Shown one piece after another: positions 48,602-51,456 of a stretch of 51,456 nt of DNA. Numbering within the stretch: the stretch's first letter is position 1; each line of letters opens with the position of its first letter. The stretch is from contig NC_068983.1 in NCBI RefSeq assembly GCF_001194135.2, forward strand, positions 49,378,357 through 49,429,812, in the 5' to 3' direction. The notes beneath the pieces are model-generated. The model was not told where the DNA came from. It searched no databases and worked only from the letters and a program-made list of their open reading frames with translations. A program made the position numbers and the translations under genes. Origin of the DNA: Octopus bimaculoides (lineage: Eukaryota).

Positions 48602-49926
48602 NNNNNNNNNNNNNNNNNNNNNNNNNNNNNNNNNNNNNNNNNNNNNNNNNNNNNNNNNNNNNNNNNNNNNNNNNNNNNNNNNNNNNNNNNNNNNNNNNNN
48701 NNNNNNNNNNNNNNNNNNNNNNNNNNNNNNNNNNNNNNNNNNNNNNNNNNNNNNNNNNNNNNNNNNNNNNNNNNNNNNNNNNNNNNNNNNNNNNNNNNNN
48801 NNNNNNNNNNNNNNNNNNNNNNNNNNNNNNNNNNNNNNNNNNNNNNNNNNNNNNNNNNNNNNNNNNNNNNNNNNNNNNNNNNNNNNNNNNNNNNNNNNNN
48901 NNNNNNNNNNNNNNNNNNNNNNNNNNNNNNNNNNNNNNNNNNNNNNNNNNNNNNNNNNNNNNNNNNNNNNNNNNNNNNNNNNNNNNNNNNNNNNNNNNNN
49001 NNNNNNNNNNNNNNNNNNNNNNNNNNNNNNNNNNNNTAAAAACTTTTACCATGTTTTTTACAGCCAGACCTAGGTTTCGAACTTTAATTAGCAAATAAAA
49101 TAATTTGCTAGGTGAAGTTCTTATCAGTGGGTGCACCAAACATTAACATAATGTACATTAATTTTATATGGAAAATATATTGTCTATACATGCTAAGCCA
49201 CTGGTAAAAAAAAAAAGAATTTCTAAAATTTTGCTACCCTCACACTCTTCTACTATCTCTCTCCCTCTCTTGTTCTTCATCCTTTCCGTTTTTCTCTCCC
49301 ACCCTTTCCTTATTCTTCTCCCCCTTTCACCGTTCCGTCTCTCTCTCTCTCTTACTCCTCCTCTTCCTCCTTGACTCTCTCATCACTGACACTTGATGAA
49401 AGGGGCTCTTTCTTTCTGCTTACTGGTCTTCCGAAAGAACAGACGTGTTTTTCTGTCTCTTCTACTTAGCGTTCATAATAATTTTTCTATCGTCTTCGCT
49501 CAACAGCCTTCACCGTTTGTTTTTACAGTCTTGTGCTCACTGTCATGGTTTTACTGTTTTTATTGTTTTTACTGTCTTGTTCACACTGTCCTGTTCTTGT
49601 TAATACTTTCACCCTCCGCAAAAAATTCCAAATTTTATTTAATTTGCTTTGCGGGAGGGACTGTTCCAACGAAGTCGCATTTTGTCCTTGCCTTCGAAAT
49701 GCGGAGTAGATGGAACAGGGACAACTGAAGAAGGGAAATATTCTTTATGTTGCATGTCTCATTTCTCTGTTTGCTTTTTTCGTTGTTCGGAAAAAGTTCG
49801 ATTTCTGTTTTCATTTTTATGTTTTCGTTTCTCATTGTGTTTAAGGTTTTTTAATGTCCTGTACCCATATATGCATGTATGCATACATATAGATGTAGGC
49901 ATGTACATATATGTATGAATATATGC

Positions 49927-50485
49927 GAGGCAATGGCTTGTGACCGACATCTTTGGGCCTCACCGAGGCAATGACTTGTGACCGAGACCTTTGGAAATAT
50001 GCTGTGCGTGAGAAGACCCGGCAAACCAAGTGAGACCAAAATCCAAGGCCTCTGCCAGGGATGTAGCCAGCCCAGTTATGCGTACCATTCTTTCATTGGA
50101 CACTAAACTCCGCTTGCGAAGACCTGTTGAGGCAAGTGAAATCAAAATCGAACTAAATTTGACGACTGGCACCCATGCCAACGTCTCTTTATTGAACACT
50201 AAACTCGGCTTGCGAAGACCCGTTGGGGCAAGTGAAAGCGAAATCATGCTGGCACCTGTACCAGTGGAGCACTGAGAGCACCGTCCGAGCGTGATCGTTG
50301 CCAAAGCAGCTGTCTAGCTTCCATGCTATCTTACATTCTCGGAGTGGTTGTCGTCAGGAAAGGCATCCAGCTGTAGAAACTCTGCCAAATCAGATTGGAG
50401 CCTGGTGTAGCCATCTGGTTCACCAGTCCTCAGTCAAATCGTCCAACCCATGCTAGCATGGAAAGCGGACGTTAAACGATGATGT
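49927..50485 (+). mobile_element. 5'-truncated RTE-clade LINE: ORF2 C-terminus plus 3' UTR
   Basis: 49953-50033 translates LGLTEAMTCDRDLWKYAVREKTRQTK*, the DR..W...V C-terminal motif of RTE ORF2; tail GCATGGAAAGCGGACGTTAAACGATGATG. Confidence 0.8.
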
Positions 50486-51084
50486 ATATACATATGAAAT
50501 TTTGAATTTAGTTCATGGACTTCCAGTACTACCTTTGCAGATCCCAGGTTGGCAGCCACTGTATTAACGCAAAAGATAAAATGTACTAAAAATTACGCGC
50601 GCGCGCACACACACACACACATACACACGCACACGCACACGCACACACACACACACACACACACGCGCGTGTGTGAGCACTTTTGTGACTTTTTAAAGTT
50701 TAACTATACATTAAAGTGAGAACTGGAATATTTCAATGTAAAAACTGAAACCTATTGTTAGACACCACTTACAGGGAAGCTTACCCATTCATCTCTACAC
50801 TTGTCACTTACTGAATAAGTAATAACAAAAATTAGGGTATTTAATGACTTATCTTGTCAGTTAAATTGATTTGTTCTGAATGACTTATCCTCTGCAACTA
50901 CTGAAAACTTTAATCAGGCTTAATTCAGATATTTTGTTAAGCAAATGCATTACAAGATTTAGAATCAGATTATTCAAGAGGTTTAAAAGTTTTTCTTGAA
51001 TTCTTTAAAGTGTTGGAATACAATTCATTTCTTATTCTTTCAATAAAAACAAAGGGAAATCATATTTATGAATTTATGTTAAAC

Positions 51085-51456
51085 TTATTCGGATGCTGAC
51101 CTAAGTCTGCTTTTGATTCTGGCTGTTTTTCCTTCCCGTTTAAAGGAAGGTGGCGGAACAATATTCACGATAGACTCGGCTGATAAGTGGGCTAGTCCCA
51201 CACGCGACAACAGCCGTTCGACGAAGGTCCACAGCTCTGAAATATCTGGACACTGCACGAGTGCGTGCAGAACGGTTTCGTCGCTCTCACCGCATCTCGG
51301 GCAGGTCGGTCCGGTGGTTTTCGAACCGTGTCTGTAGATCTTCTCTCGAACTGGTAGTGCGTCTCGATAGCATTGCCAAGCCAGGGATCTCTGGAAATTA
51401 TCCATTGGCCCCGGCCCGAACGTCGTCTTGAAAAGGCGGGTTAAGAATTTCTCGTC
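51085..51456 (-). mobile_element. L1/Tx1-type LINE ORF2 C-terminal zf-RVT fragment, open to the window edge
   Basis: DEKFLTRLFKTTFGPGPMDNFQRSLAWQCYRDALPVREK...CPRCGESDETVLHALVQCP (C-x2-C-x8-H-x4-C). GC-rich; homology appears to end near 51120. Confidence 0.85.

Noticed and set aside
48139-50561. hAT/Charlie-like TIR pair CAGTGGTTCCCAAAC and GGTTGGCAGCCACTG
   Set aside because: The 8-bp flanks do not match (GACTAAAG vs TATTAACG) and there is no transposase; probably unrelated fragments.

Overview
AT-rich, microsatellite-dense, heavily gapped eukaryotic DNA. The repeat complement is what I associate with coleoid cephalopods, most likely Octopus; that is inference from repeat families, not a database match. 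Almost all ORFs in the supplied track are artefacts of N-gaps or microsatellites. The window contains: (1) many tRNA-derived SINEs in at least four head/tail combinations; (2) 3' fragments of an RTE LINE; (3) several R4/Dong-type restriction-like-endonuclease retrotransposon fragments clustered in (TAA)n tracts; (4) a GC-rich L1/Tx1-type ORF2 fragment at the right edge; (5) several foldback/MITE hairpins and an old 24-bp minisatellite; (6) eight small, phase-compatible candidate exons on the + strand (11.8-46.8 kb) that join into an unidentified basic protein (ab initio, unverified). The most striking observation is a dispersed element at five loci. It combines a tRNA-derived Pol III head, an (AAT)n linker and a minimal type I hammerhead ribozyme motif. 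At four loci it carries an inverted, 5'-truncated second arm, and at two of these an optional ~36-nt tail. This is the insertion architecture of Penelope-like elements, so it looks like a ribozyme-bearing SINE mobilised by a Penelope-like retroelement. No autonomous Penelope ORF is visible in the window.
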